Numbered from the stretch's first letter, positions 8,537 through 17,455 are shown. The stretch: 28,151 nucleotides of DNA from a virus (IMGVR_UViG_3300037045_000044:1-28151); one strand, 5' to 3'. Made by a program: numbers and translations. The notes: generated by a model not told the origin, from the letters alone.

Positions 8537-9190
8537 ATGTCTGTTCCCGATTTCCTCAGCAACCCTTTCTCCGCGACCCTCGACAAGGTGAGCGGAGCGC
8601 GTAAGAGAGGGCAGAAAGAGGCGCACCAAGCCGCCCGAGATCAGTGGGCCGTCCAGTCACATGACTGGCTCGCCGGTCAGGAGCACGGTCGCAGTATGGA
8701 GTTCATGCAGGCGCAGCACACGAACACCTTCGACATGGAGAAGATGCGCGGATCTGAGACGCGTCTCAACATGCGTGCTGCCCAGAAGAACGGCCTGAAC
8801 GACTTCTCCCAGAGTATGGGCGCCGACGGCAGCCACTCGACGGCCTTCAGTCTCCGCGACGCCTCCAAGGCACTCGTCGAGGAGACCGCCACCCGTCCCC
8901 CGGCGGGCCAGGCCGTGATCCCCGTGGGAGCCCCTGAGAAGCCCGCTGCGGCTGCTCCGGCGGCTGCTGCTCCAGCTACCGCGGCAGGGGCGCCCGCAGC
9001 CCCCAAGGCCGCTCCTAGGGCCGCGCGGAAGGCTCCGGCGGGAAAGGCCCTCGGCGCCGGGATTGACCAGATCTCCGCCAGGCTCAACTCCGACACCGGG
9101 GTGCAGGCCTCTGACGAGAAGCCAGGCCTGGTGCCGCCCGCCCACTCGGGTAGTGCCACCAGGGGCGCCAGGCAGCACAAGCTGATCTGA
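8537..9190 (+). CDS. hypothetical protein with Ala/Pro-rich C-terminal half
   Basis: 217-aa ORF collinear with neighbours. Confidence 0.7.
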   Translation: MSVPDFLSNPFSATLDKVSGARKRGQKEAHQAARDQWAVQSHDWLAGQEHGRSMEFMQAQHTNTFDMEKMRGSETRLNMRAAQKNGLNDFSQSMGADGSHSTAFSLRDASKALVEETATRPPAGQAVIPVGAPEKPAAAAPAAAAPATAAGAPAAPKAAPRAARKAPAGKALGAGIDQISARLNSDTGVQASDEKPGLVPPAHSGSATRGARQHKLI

Positions 9191-9378
9191 TGACGCGCAG
9201 CAGCGAGTTTCGGGCGGGGAACCCTCGTCCCAAGCAGCAGAAGTCTGAGAAGTGGACCGCCCGCAAGAGGCTCCTGAGATCCGACCGGTACGGTGACTGG
9301 ACCCCGCAGGTTCCCTTCGTCGGGTACCCGTCCACGGGGCGCGGCGCAGCGGGAGAATCCTCCACCGGAACGCGGTAG
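9190..9378 (+). CDS. small basic hypothetical protein (62 aa)
   Basis: TGATG overlap. Confidence 0.6.
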   Translation: MTRSSEFRAGNPRPKQQKSEKWTARKRLLRSDRYGDWTPQVPFVGYPSTGRGAAGESSTGTR

Positions 9379-9593
9379 TTGACCGAGTCAAGGACGGTGT
9401 CCGAGGAATACCGTTCTGTTATCGCCACAGAGTGCCATAGAGCACGTTAATCCAGGGAAGCGTTGCCCCGGCTCCCGCGAACACGGGGCCTTTTCCATGC
9501 CCTGAGATCTCAGACGCAGATGTTTGATGAGACGCCGCGCGCCAAGCACACCACACTTATCTGAGAGGTAACTTCGGCCCGAGGAGTGGCAGG

Positions 9594-10070
9594 TTGTTGG
9601 ACACACAAAACGGCACCGCACCACCGGTCCGCTCACTCACGGACTGGGTGAGTTCGGTGAGTCGCCATGAGAAGCTGTTGCTCGCGATGACGGCACTTCT
9701 CGCGCTGGCTCACATCGCCGTCGCTATCCTCGTCATGGCGGGCCGGGTGACCCCCGTGGTCCCTTATCCGTCGGAACCCCAGCTGGTGGGTCTCTACGGG
9801 CACGTAGACGACCGCTACTGGGTCATCGTCAATCTCGTCTGCGCCGTCGGTTTGGCCATCGGCGCGGCAATCCAGCGGACGACACCGCTGGTGGCCATGT
9901 GGCTCGCAGTTCTTTCGTTTGCCTCTTGGCTAGTCTGGGGCGGGCTTCTCATGGCATGGTCGTTGGAAACCAAACCCCCAGTGTCCCTGGTGGGTCCATC
10001 GCTGATCCTGGCGGTGGTCCTTCCCCTGTCACTGGCGACAGCATGGGCGTGGTCTGACCGCGAGAACTAG
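9594..10070 (+). CDS. 4-TM membrane protein (start uncertain)
   Basis: Four hydrophobic segments; GAGGAG upstream. Confidence 0.7.
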   Translation: MLDTQNGTAPPVRSLTDWVSSVSRHEKLLLAMTALLALAHIAVAILVMAGRVTPVVPYPSEPQLVGLYGHVDDRYWVIVNLVCAVGLAIGAAIQRTTPLVAMWLAVLSFASWLVWGGLLMAWSLETKPPVSLVGPSLILAVVLPLSLATAWAWSDREN

Positions 10071-10084
10071 GGAGGGGTACGTCG

Positions 10085-10342
10085 ATGGACTGGCCCACCC
10101 TAGCCACCTCATTTGCGACCACCGTGTCCACCATCATCGTTGGTGGCGGTCTATCGAGCCGTAGGACCCGCAAGATGGTCCGTGCCCTCAACGCCCAGCG
10201 TGACGCGCTGGAGGAGGCCGTCTGGTCTCAGCGCTCCGTGATCCGGCGCCACAACGCCGTCATCCACCTAGACGACCCGGAGCGGTCCCTTCTGCTCCAG
10301 GGTCTGCCGGACTGGTTGACGGACACCGACGAAGGCGCCTGA
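10085..10342 (+). CDS. single-TM membrane protein with coiled-coil-like tail
   Basis: SD GGAGG; N-terminal hydrophobic helix followed by basic residues. Confidence 0.7.
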   Translation: MDWPTLATSFATTVSTIIVGGGLSSRRTRKMVRALNAQRDALEEAVWSQRSVIRRHNAVIHLDDPERSLLLQGLPDWLTDTDEGA

Positions 10343-10347
10343 CAGCA

Positions 10348-10397
10348 AAGAAGACCCGCTAGAGAGGGCTGACTGGAACTCTCTAGCGGGTCTTCTT
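10348..10397. terminator. bidirectional intrinsic terminator
   Basis: Perfect 19-bp inverted repeat AAGAAGACCCGCTAGAGAG/CTCTCTAGCGGGTCTTCTT between convergent genes. Confidence 0.85.
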
Positions 10398-10452
10398 CGT
10401 CACCGTACCCGTCAGGAACGACTCAGGACGGGGCCGGTTGGCCTTGGATGGA

Positions 10453-10737
10453 CTACCAGTTGAGGGTGCCCCACTCTTCGCTGTCAGCGTCGCGGTCCCA
10501 GAGGAAGCTGGCGCAGCTGCGCCAGTCCTGCCTCTCGTAGCACTCGGGGTGGGCCCAGACCTCCATGGGGTCCTCGAAGGCCGCGGCCTCGATGGCGGCG
10601 TCGATGTGGTCGAAGACCTGGTACTCGCCGCTCAGGGCGACCTCGTCGTCCGGACCCTCAACAGGATCCACCTCGACGTACACGAACCCCTCGCCGGGGT
10701 ACCTGCGGACCATCAGAATCTTGTCACCATTGCTCAC
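10453..10737 (-). CDS. hypothetical acidic protein (94 aa), isolated leftward gene
   Basis: SD GGAGG before GTG; upstream extended -10 TGC-TAGGGT on the minus strand (about 10771-10779). Confidence 0.75.
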   Translation of the reverse strand: MSNGDKILMVRRYPGEGFVYVEVDPVEGPDDEVALSGEYQVFDHIDAAIEAAAFEDPMEVWAHPECYERQDWRSCASFLWDRDADSEEWGTLNW

Positions 10738-10932
10738 GTCGTTGTCCTCCAGGGAGTAGCGGAATGAGGTAACCCTAGCACGCCAATCAGGGTGTCATCA
10801 TAACGAATCTCGCCCGTGTAGTTCCCTTCCACACCTAGTCACCGGACACCCCATCGGGGTGCCATCGGCTTCACGCTGACACACGCCAGGGTCTGAGGCA
10901 TTGTCGGTGTGTAGACCGAAAGGAACCACTAG

Positions 10933-11148
10933 ATGCAGTGCATTAACTGTGGCGGCGAGGCCAGCCTCGTCTTCAAGACCACCGGAGTCGACGACCAGCC
11001 CTACTGCGCGCGGCACCTCCCCAGCGCCTACCGGGGCACCGAGTACGTCACCCCAGCACCCGTCGAAGAGGCGGCTGACGCCGCCGAGTTCGAGGTGAAG
11101 GACACGCCGCGCCGGACGCGCCGCCGGAAGGCTGACGAGGGCGAGTGA
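10933..11148 (+). CDS. small Zn-binding protein (CINC...YCARHLP)
   Basis: SD GAAAGGA; CxxC...CxxH motif. Confidence 0.75.
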   Translation: MQCINCGGEASLVFKTTGVDDQPYCARHLPSAYRGTEYVTPAPVEEAADAAEFEVKDTPRRTRRRKADEGE

Positions 11149-11402
11149 GGATCCGTCGGTACGCGGCTGAGCAGGCTCACGCCATCCCGGCGCGGGCCTA
11201 CGATGCGCGTTCGATCTTCGCCCCCAGCGTCACCGCCCGCGGGGCACTCGTCCAGGACCCGGAGGGGATCGACGACGGCGGTGGCCTGACCCCGCCTGGA
11301 AGCACCGCGCAGAACGGGTTCCGGGAGGTCAAATGGTTCCGCTGCAACACGTGTGACGTGATCATCCGGGAGACCCACCTCGACAGCCACGAATGCGAGT
11401 AG
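11145..11402 (+). CDS. hypothetical protein with C-terminal CxxC...H.C motif
   Basis: GTGA overlap; FRCNTC...HLDSHEC. Confidence 0.75.
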   Translation: MRIRRYAAEQAHAIPARAYDARSIFAPSVTARGALVQDPEGIDDGGGLTPPGSTAQNGFREVKWFRCNTCDVIIRETHLDSHECE

Positions 11403-11405
11403 TCG

Positions 11406-12269
11406 ATGCCCTACCAGCCCCCTGACCCGAGTGTGGTCCGAGCCAACCTCCAGGACCCGTCAGCCAACCGCTCGTTCACTGCCGCGGACTTCCAGCATTA
11501 CAACTCCGAGGCCCGACGGGTCGCGGACTACAACGTCGACAACGCCGCCTACCTCGGTGCCCGCAAGATCGTCGAGCCCAGCTCGACCAACCCCACCTAC
11601 AGCCCCCACAACCCGTTCGGCACACCCTTCTCGGCGATCCCTCCCGTGGGCAGCCGGAAGGAGCACTACGAGGCGATTGCGGTCTTCGGGGACGACCCGT
11701 CGGCGCCGATGTCGGCGGGCCAGTACCTGGTCGAGGACGACGCCAGTCTCCCGGGCCGGGGCCCCGCTCAGGGCTGGACGTACACCAACTACGCGAACCA
11801 GCCGAGCCCCTACGGCGGACCCAACGGTCAGTCCGGAGAGCCCACCGCGGTCACCCAGATCCCGACATCAACCACGGACCCGACGCGCCCCCGCACGGTG
11901 GCCGCGGGCTATGACCACACCAGCCAGACTCTGACCATCGTCTTCCGCGATGGCACGTACTACAACTACTACAACGTCAACCAGGCGATGTGGAACAACT
12001 TCCGGGCGTCCTACTCGCCCGGTCGTTTCATCCTCCAGCACCTCGACAAGCTTCCCCGCGGCGTCGCTGACGTCTCAGATCTCACCGAGGACGCGCGCGA
12101 GGCGCTCTACCGAGCCACCCGCACGGGCCAGATCCTCAACGACGGCCTCACCGGATCCCAGAGCGCGACCGCTCGTCGGCGCAAGGTGCAGAACTACCGC
12201 CCCGGGAACCTCGGTGGCACCGGCCGAAAGCGGGCCAAGCTCACGTCTCAGAAGCTCACCGGCACATAA
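11406..12269 (+). CDS. KTSC domain-containing protein
   Basis: AAGYD...TLTIVFRDGTYYNYYNV....W..F..S.SPGRFI matches the KTSC signature. Confidence 0.85.
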   Translation: MPYQPPDPSVVRANLQDPSANRSFTAADFQHYNSEARRVADYNVDNAAYLGARKIVEPSSTNPTYSPHNPFGTPFSAIPPVGSRKEHYEAIAVFGDDPSAPMSAGQYLVEDDASLPGRGPAQGWTYTNYANQPSPYGGPNGQSGEPTAVTQIPTSTTDPTRPRTVAAGYDHTSQTLTIVFRDGTYYNYYNVNQAMWNNFRASYSPGRFILQHLDKLPRGVADVSDLTEDAREALYRATRTGQILNDGLTGSQSATARRRKVQNYRPGNLGGTGRKRAKLTSQKLTGT

Positions 12270-12282
12270 GAAGGAATCTCAG

Positions 12283-12558
12283 ATGGCACACATCACGGAA
12301 CTCGGGCCGTTCTACGCCCAGAAGCTCTACTGGCACCTGGACAAGCCGCCGCTGTTTCACGTCGACAAGACGGTGGAGACCGACCGACCCTACCGACTGG
12401 GGAAGTGTGTGGTGATCCGGGCGCCGTTCAGCCAGGCCGCTCTGGCCGTCGGGGCATGGGTCGGGAAGTCGAGGCACGAGGAGGACGCCCTCCTCACCTC
12501 GATGGGTGCTCGCGTCACCAAGGACAACGGCGTCACGCTCACCGAGGAGATCTGGTGA
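12283..12558 (+). CDS. hypothetical protein (91 aa)
   Basis: SD AAGGA before ATG 12283. Confidence 0.75.
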   Translation: MAHITELGPFYAQKLYWHLDKPPLFHVDKTVETDRPYRLGKCVVIRAPFSQAALAVGAWVGKSRHEEDALLTSMGARVTKDNGVTLTEEIW

Positions 12559-12857
12559 TCTACATCTTCGCGTCCGTCATCGCCGCCCTCGTGGTCAGCA
12601 ACCTGGTGGTGCTCTGGTTCTACTTCAACCTCAGGGGAGAGCGGGAGATGCCCACCCCTGCGGCGATCAAGCTGAAGCGCCGTCTCTCGAAGCTCCCCGC
12701 GGAGGCCCGGCCCATGTGGGCCGAGCAGGTGCTGGGGGAGACGGGTCGTGCGTTCTCCATGTGGAGGGGGAGTGGAGAGCGTGCCTACCTCGACGAGGCG
12801 CGTACGGGTGCCTACGCTCTCCACTCCCTGTTTACGGCTATGCAGCCCCGTGACTGA
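12555..12857 (+). CDS. hypothetical protein with N-terminal TM (100 aa)
   Basis: GTGA overlap; hydrophobic N-terminus. Confidence 0.7.
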   Translation: MIYIFASVIAALVVSNLVVLWFYFNLRGEREMPTPAAIKLKRRLSKLPAEARPMWAEQVLGETGRAFSMWRGSGERAYLDEARTGAYALHSLFTAMQPRD

Positions 12858-13068
12858 GCCACGCGTCCTGTAGCAGAGCGAGGTACGTCGTGTGCGCGAC
12901 GCCCCAGGCCATGCCCACCACGACGCCGCACGTACACGCGACCTTCCCCACATGCTGCGCGGTATCAACCGCGTATCGGACGGCGGTGTGCCCCCCAACT
13001 CTCGACGCCTGAATCTTGGCCAGATTCTCCGGCGACGAGAGCCACATATCGTCACTACTCACGTTCAC
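12838..13068 (-). CDS. small hypothetical protein (CTCG...H), start uncertain
   Basis: Fills the gap; GAAGGGG upstream on the minus strand; CxC...W..H motif like other small genes here. Confidence 0.5.
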   Translation of the reverse strand: MNVSSDDMWLSSPENLAKIQASRVGGHTAVRYAVDTAQHVGKVACTCGVVVGMAWGVAHTTYLALLQDAWLSHGAA

Positions 13069-13211
13069 ATCCCCTTCATCGGTGTACCAACCCGAGTGAT
13101 CATGCCAGATCCCACTGCGAGCGCTTACAGGGGGGTACCCATCCCGGGTATCACCCCCACGTGGGACACTCCGCCCCGACAGCCGAGATGTGAGATATTT
13201 CTGTCAGTACC

Positions 13212-13240
13212 TTGTGCAAGTGGGCGAAGTGTGACACCCT
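13212..13240 (+). promoter_or_regulatory. candidate sigmaA-type promoter for 13372
   Basis: TTGTGC-17 nt-(TGA)CACCCT. Confidence 0.4.
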
Positions 13241-13371
13241 GAAGCTAACGTCCTGGGTGCAGCCGGGGCATCGTACACAACACCTCCGACAAGAGCGAAC
13301 CTGGAACCCGGAGGTCTGTACGAAAGTGAACCCGCAACAGAGGGCGCACACCTAGAGAAGGAGGACCACCC

Positions 13372-13596
13372 ATGACCACTGAACTCAATGAGAACCTGCT
13401 CGCCTCGGTTCGGAAGGCGAGCGACCTTGAGGCCCGCATCCGCTTCGTCGAGGTCGACGGAGTCAAGGTCGTCGAGATCCGCGACTTCATCCCATCGCTC
13501 GGGGAGTACGGTCGCGGCTACTGGATCCCCGCGGACCGGGCAACCGTGAGCGCCGTCGCTCAGGCGCTGCTCGTCGCAGCATCGGAGGCGAACTGA
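13372..13596 (+). CDS. PC4/YdbC-like ssDNA-binding protein
   Basis: RIRFVEVDGVKVVEIRDF......GRGYWIP followed by a helix resembles the PC4 fold; strong SD AAGGAGG. Confidence 0.65.
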   Translation: MTTELNENLLASVRKASDLEARIRFVEVDGVKVVEIRDFIPSLGEYGRGYWIPADRATVSAVAQALLVAASEAN

Positions 13597-13597
13597 G

Positions 13598-13861
13598 ATG
13601 GCCAACTGGGATGAAGGGCTCGCCGTGCGCTGTGCGGGCTGCCGTCGGGCGGTCGCCTGGTCGGCCAAGCCTGCGGTGATCCGCAACGAGGTCTTCTGCT
13701 CCGAGTGGTGCAAGAACGAGCCTCCCGCGACGCCGATGTCCGCCCGCAACGACTTGTGGACCGTCCTCAACAAGATTGGCGGTCGGACCCCCGTGTCCAT
13801 CGCCCGCGACTTCGGGGTGGCCCACAGCCTCGTCTACCGGACGCTGAAGAGGCTCGGTTAG
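13598..13861 (+). CDS. Zn-ribbon plus helix-turn-helix DNA-binding protein
   Basis: CAGC...FCSEWC; C-terminal TPVSIARDFGVAHSLVYRTLKR HTH. Confidence 0.75.
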   Translation: MANWDEGLAVRCAGCRRAVAWSAKPAVIRNEVFCSEWCKNEPPATPMSARNDLWTVLNKIGGRTPVSIARDFGVAHSLVYRTLKRLG

Positions 13862-13905
13862 GCCCGGTGATTTCGGCCCCGGCCTCCTAGACTTGACCCA
13901 TCACG

Positions 13906-13949
13906 ACTGACCGTTTTCCTCGATAAGGGGAGGCGGTCAGTTTTCTTTT
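13906..13949 (+). terminator. intrinsic terminator
   Basis: ACTGACCG.../...CGGTCAGT stem followed by TTTCTTTT. Confidence 0.8.
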
Positions 13950-14028
13950 GCCCGGCTCAGGGACCGAGCAGCGGGGATCGGGGTTCACCCAGACAGTCAG
14001 CACCGGGTCAGGTGACCATTAAGTCACT

Positions 14029-16422
14029 ATGGGATTTGACACGGACAACGACCTGGAGTCTCAATACGAAGAGATTGATCCGGATGACCTTGAGGCCTGG
14101 GGCGATGAGTCCACCGTCAGCGACGAAGACTTCGGAGACAACGAAGACGAGCTGAGCCAGGAGTTCGTCGACAAGCTCATCGACAAGATCATGGCCTTCG
14201 GAGAAACCTTCACAGGACGAACCCTCCACTCCTACCAACTCCCATTCGCGCGGCGCGTCATCGAGTCGATCCTCGTCAACGACGGCTCCGAGATCACCGC
14301 CCTGGCCGCACGCCAGTCGGGCAAGAGCGAGATCATCGGGTTCGTCATGTCCACCCTCATGGTCCTCCTGCCCCGTCTCGCCGCGATGTACCCCGACCTC
14401 CTCGGCAAGTTCAAGGACGGCGTCTGGATCGGCATGTTCGCCCCCGTCGAAACCATGGCCGAGACGCTCTACGGACGTACCGTCAACTTCCTGACTTCAG
14501 AACGCGCGAATGAAGTCCTCGGGGATCCTGAGATCGACGACATCACCGCGCGTACCCCCGGCGTGACCAAGGGAATGAAGCTCACCAAGTCCGGCTCGAC
14601 GCTACTCATGATGACCGCCAACCCGCGGGCGAAGATCGAGTCGAAGTCGTTCCACATCATCATCATCGACGAGGCCCAGGACTCGGATGACTTCGTGGTC
14701 TCGAAGTCGATCAGCCCGATGGGCGCCTACTACAACGCCACCATCGTCAAGACCGGCACCCCCACCACCACGAAGAACAACTTCTATCGCGCCATTCAGC
14801 TGAACAAACGTCTTCAGACCGGGCGCCGCGCCCGCCAGAACCACTTCCAGTGGGACTGGAAGGACGTCGCCAAGGTGAACCCAAACTACGAGAAGTTCAT
14901 CAAGAAGGAGATGCTCCGAATCGGTGAGGACTCCGACGAGTTCCTCTTGAGTTACTGCCCAACACCTGAGACCCGCATCCTCACTGCCGACCTCCGGCAT
15001 GTCCCTGCGGGAGAGGTCAAGGTCGGGGACAAACTCGTCGGGTTCGACGAAGAGCGGCCCGGAAAGGGGCTACATCGTAAGTTCCGTGAGGCCGTTGTGG
15101 AAGACGTGGGGAGGCTTATCCTGCCGTGCTACACGATGACGCTGTCGGACGACACCGTAGTGACCTGCTCCGGCGACCACCAGTGGTTGGTGTCCACAGC
15201 TGGGAGACGCACCGTCTGGAAGCGCACGGCTGATCTTGTGGCCACAGACCGCATCTTCAAGGCGACAGACGTCTGGGAGACCGCAGACAGCTACGACGCG
15301 GGGTATCTCGCGGCGGCGTTCGATGGGGAAGGCTCCTTGGCCCGGCGTACCGACGGTCAGGTCGTCGGCCTGACGATGGCGCAGAAGCCGAATGCGATGC
15401 TGGCTCACGTCGAGGGGGTACTCACGCGTGAGGGGGTGCAGTACGGGAAGTACGACAACAACGTCGAGCGCAGCGGTGTCCATCACGTCAGCGTCAAGGG
15501 CGGAGGCGCAGCCATCGCCCAGTTCCTCGGGAAGTACCGCCCGAAGCGCCTTCTGGACAAGTTCCGCGTGGACGATATGGGGTCCATCGGTAGGCACGAC
15601 CACAAGGCCACTGACTTCCGCCACCCGTCAGTCGTCTCAGTGGAGTTCGTCGGGGACCGAGAGGTGGTGGCCATCAAGACTTCGACCAAGACGTACGTGG
15701 CGGAAGGGCTCGCGTCCCACAACTGCTGCCGGTGGCTGCTTGAGCGAGGCATGTTCGTCTCCTCCTCAGTGCTCGACCACACCAGCCCCAGCACCTTGGG
15801 CGATCTCACAATGGAGACGGTGAAGATCTGGCAGTCGAGCCCCTGTGTCGTGGGGATTGACCCGGCGCGAAAGTCCGACTCCACGGTGGTCACCGTGATG
15901 TGGGTGGACTGGGACCGGCCAGACGAGTTCGGGTACTACGAGCACCGGATCCTCAACTGGCTGGAGATCCAGGGCGACGACTGGGAGGAGCAGTACTACC
16001 AGATCGTCAACTTCCTCTCGAACTACGACGTCCTGGCAGTGGCCGTCGACGCCAACGGCGTCGGTGACGCGGTCGCTCAGCGTCTCAAGCTGCTACTCCC
16101 GCGGGCTGATGTCATCCCAGTGACGTCGAGCGCGAGCGAGCAGTCGGCCCGGTACAAGCACCTCCAGGCGCTGATCCAGCGGAAGATGCTCAGCTGGCCA
16201 GCGCACGCCAAGTCGAGGCGCCTGCGCACCTACCGCCGCTTCGTCCAGCAGATGGGCGACGCCGAGGTGACGTTCAAGGGCCCGAACTTCTCCGTCGAGG
16301 CCCCCGACGAGGCCCACGCCCACGACGACTACGTCGACAGCCTGTCCCTCGCGGCCTCTCTGACGAAGGATCTCATCGCCCCTCAGGTTGAAACCAGCAA
16401 CAACTTCTTCTACGCACGCTGA
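14029..16422 (+). CDS. terL: terminase large subunit, intein-containing
   Basis: Walker A AARQSGKS, Walker B IIIIDEAQ, nuclease GIDPA and HDDYVDS; no SD (possibly leaderless). Confidence 0.95.
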   Translation: MGFDTDNDLESQYEEIDPDDLEAWGDESTVSDEDFGDNEDELSQEFVDKLIDKIMAFGETFTGRTLHSYQLPFARRVIESILVNDGSEITALAARQSGKSEIIGFVMSTLMVLLPRLAAMYPDLLGKFKDGVWIGMFAPVETMAETLYGRTVNFLTSERANEVLGDPEIDDITARTPGVTKGMKLTKSGSTLLMMTANPRAKIESKSFHIIIIDEAQDSDDFVVSKSISPMGAYYNATIVKTGTPTTTKNNFYRAIQLNKRLQTGRRARQNHFQWDWKDVAKVNPNYEKFIKKEMLRIGEDSDEFLLSYCPTPETRILTADLRHVPAGEVKVGDKLVGFDEERPGKGLHRKFREAVVEDVGRLILPCYTMTLSDDTVVTCSGDHQWLVSTAGRRTVWKRTADLVATDRIFKATDVWETADSYDAGYLAAAFDGEGSLARRTDGQVVGLTMAQKPNAMLAHVEGVLTREGVQYGKYDNNVERSGVHHVSVKGGGAAIAQFLGKYRPKRLLDKFRVDDMGSIGRHDHKATDFRHPSVVSVEFVGDREVVAIKTSTKTYVAEGLASHNCCRWLLERGMFVSSSVLDHTSPSTLGDLTMETVKIWQSSPCVVGIDPARKSDSTVVTVMWVDWDRPDEFGYYEHRILNWLEIQGDDWEEQYYQIVNFLSNYDVLAVAVDANGVGDAVAQRLKLLLPRADVIPVTSSASEQSARYKHLQALIQRKMLSWPAHAKSRRLRTYRRFVQQMGDAEVTFKGPNFSVEAPDEAHAHDDYVDSLSLAASLTKDLIAPQVETSNNFFYAR
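14956..15723 (+). mobile_element. intein (256 aa) with LAGLIDADG-type motif in TerL
   Basis: Starts CPTPETRILT (block A), has CSGDHQW (block B) and YLAAAFDGEGSL (block C), ends YVAEGLASHN followed by Cys +1. Confidence 0.93.
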
Positions 16423-16573
16423 CATCTCACCTGCTAGGGTAGGTGCCATTAAGACCCAGCAAGGCCTCTCGTAGATAAGACGCACACTCTGGAGTGGGGG
16501 AGGGGGACTGATCACCCCCAGGACCACGAGACCGATGTACGGCGGTCTGTTCTTTTACGACACGTACGCCCGC

Positions 16574-16614
16574 CCCGGGGGTCGCTCGAATTGAGCGGCT
16601 CCCGGGTGCTGTTT
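16574..16614 (+). terminator. hairpin / probable terminator after terL
   Basis: CCCGGGGGTCGCTC/GAGCGGCTCCCGGG stem followed by TGCTGTTT. Confidence 0.6.
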
Positions 16615-16706
16615 GTGCTCCCAGAAGGGTTTAGGCAGACGTTTCGCTCGGTGTGAGACACCCTCGTCTATAGGGAATCCCTACCCATTCTTGAAGGAGC
16701 CAATCA

Positions 16707-17120
16707 ATGGCAGACATGACTTCGCCCATCGCGCCCGCTCTTCAGTACCCGGAGAAGGTCGGCACGGTCTACGAGCGGAAGATGGCACCCTCGCTGCCGA
16801 TGAACCGCGGACCCCTCCGCTTCCAGGAGGGCGTGGCGACCGACACCGACATCCCGCAGGACTTCCAGACCGGCGTGTTCCAGGGCGTGATGACCCCTCC
16901 CGGTCGCCCGAACCACAACGCCAACGTCTACGAGAAGTGGCCCGAGGAGACCATGAAGCAGCGCGCCCACGTCGGCTCCGCTGCCTGGGTCGAGTCGCCG
17001 CAGTACCTCGGGGAGTTCGCGCACGGATCGTTCTCGGACTACGCCGAGGTGCGCTACGAGCAGGTCGGCCGCGATGGCGGCAACCAGCGCCGGATGAACC
17101 CGGCCTCGGTCCACGACTGA
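16707..17120 (+). CDS. conserved hypothetical protein of Bxz1/E3-like head module
   Basis: SD GAAGGAG; RGPLRFQEGVATDTDIP and ETMKQRAHVGSAAWVE recalled from this phage group. Confidence 0.85.
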   Translation: MADMTSPIAPALQYPEKVGTVYERKMAPSLPMNRGPLRFQEGVATDTDIPQDFQTGVFQGVMTPPGRPNHNANVYEKWPEETMKQRAHVGSAAWVESPQYLGEFAHGSFSDYAEVRYEQVGRDGGNQRRMNPASVHD

Positions 17121-17133
17121 TCGTTCTGAGACC

Positions 17134-17176
17134 CCACACTCCTGCCCTGTGCCCCTTCTCCGGGGCAGGGGTGTGG
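17134..17176. other. 16-bp intergenic stem-loop
   Basis: CCACACTCCTGCCCTG/CGGGGCAGGGGTGTGG; no U tract. Confidence 0.6.
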
Positions 17177-17216
17177 CGATAACTCCACCTCCCCTCTGAA
17201 AGGCGCGCACAAACTC

Positions 17217-17444
17217 GTGGCACAGATTCCGGCTAACACCAAGATGTGGGACATGCTCATCGCCCAGGCGAAGACCAAGTTCGACAAGTGGCCGTCACCC
17301 ACCGCCTCCAACTGGGTTCACAGCAAGTACGTGCAGCTCGGGGGCAAGTTCGTCGAGTCGACCAAAGAGCTGAACCGCAAAGAGCGCAAGGACCGCGCTG
17401 AATCTGAGAAGAAGAACGAAGAGCGTCGGAAGGCTGGCCTGTGA
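17217..17444 (+). CDS. small basic conserved hypothetical protein (75 aa)
   Basis: SD GAAAGG; AK.KF..WPS..AS.WV...Y...GG.F motif. Confidence 0.8.
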   Translation: MAQIPANTKMWDMLIAQAKTKFDKWPSPTASNWVHSKYVQLGGKFVESTKELNRKERKDRAESEKKNEERRKAGL

Positions 17445-17455
17445 CCCACAGGCCG

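Noticed and set aside
13241-13330. Hammerhead ribozyme (CTGA... and CGAAA present)
   Set aside because: The CUGANGA core is not matched (CTGAAGC) and the three stems cannot be assembled
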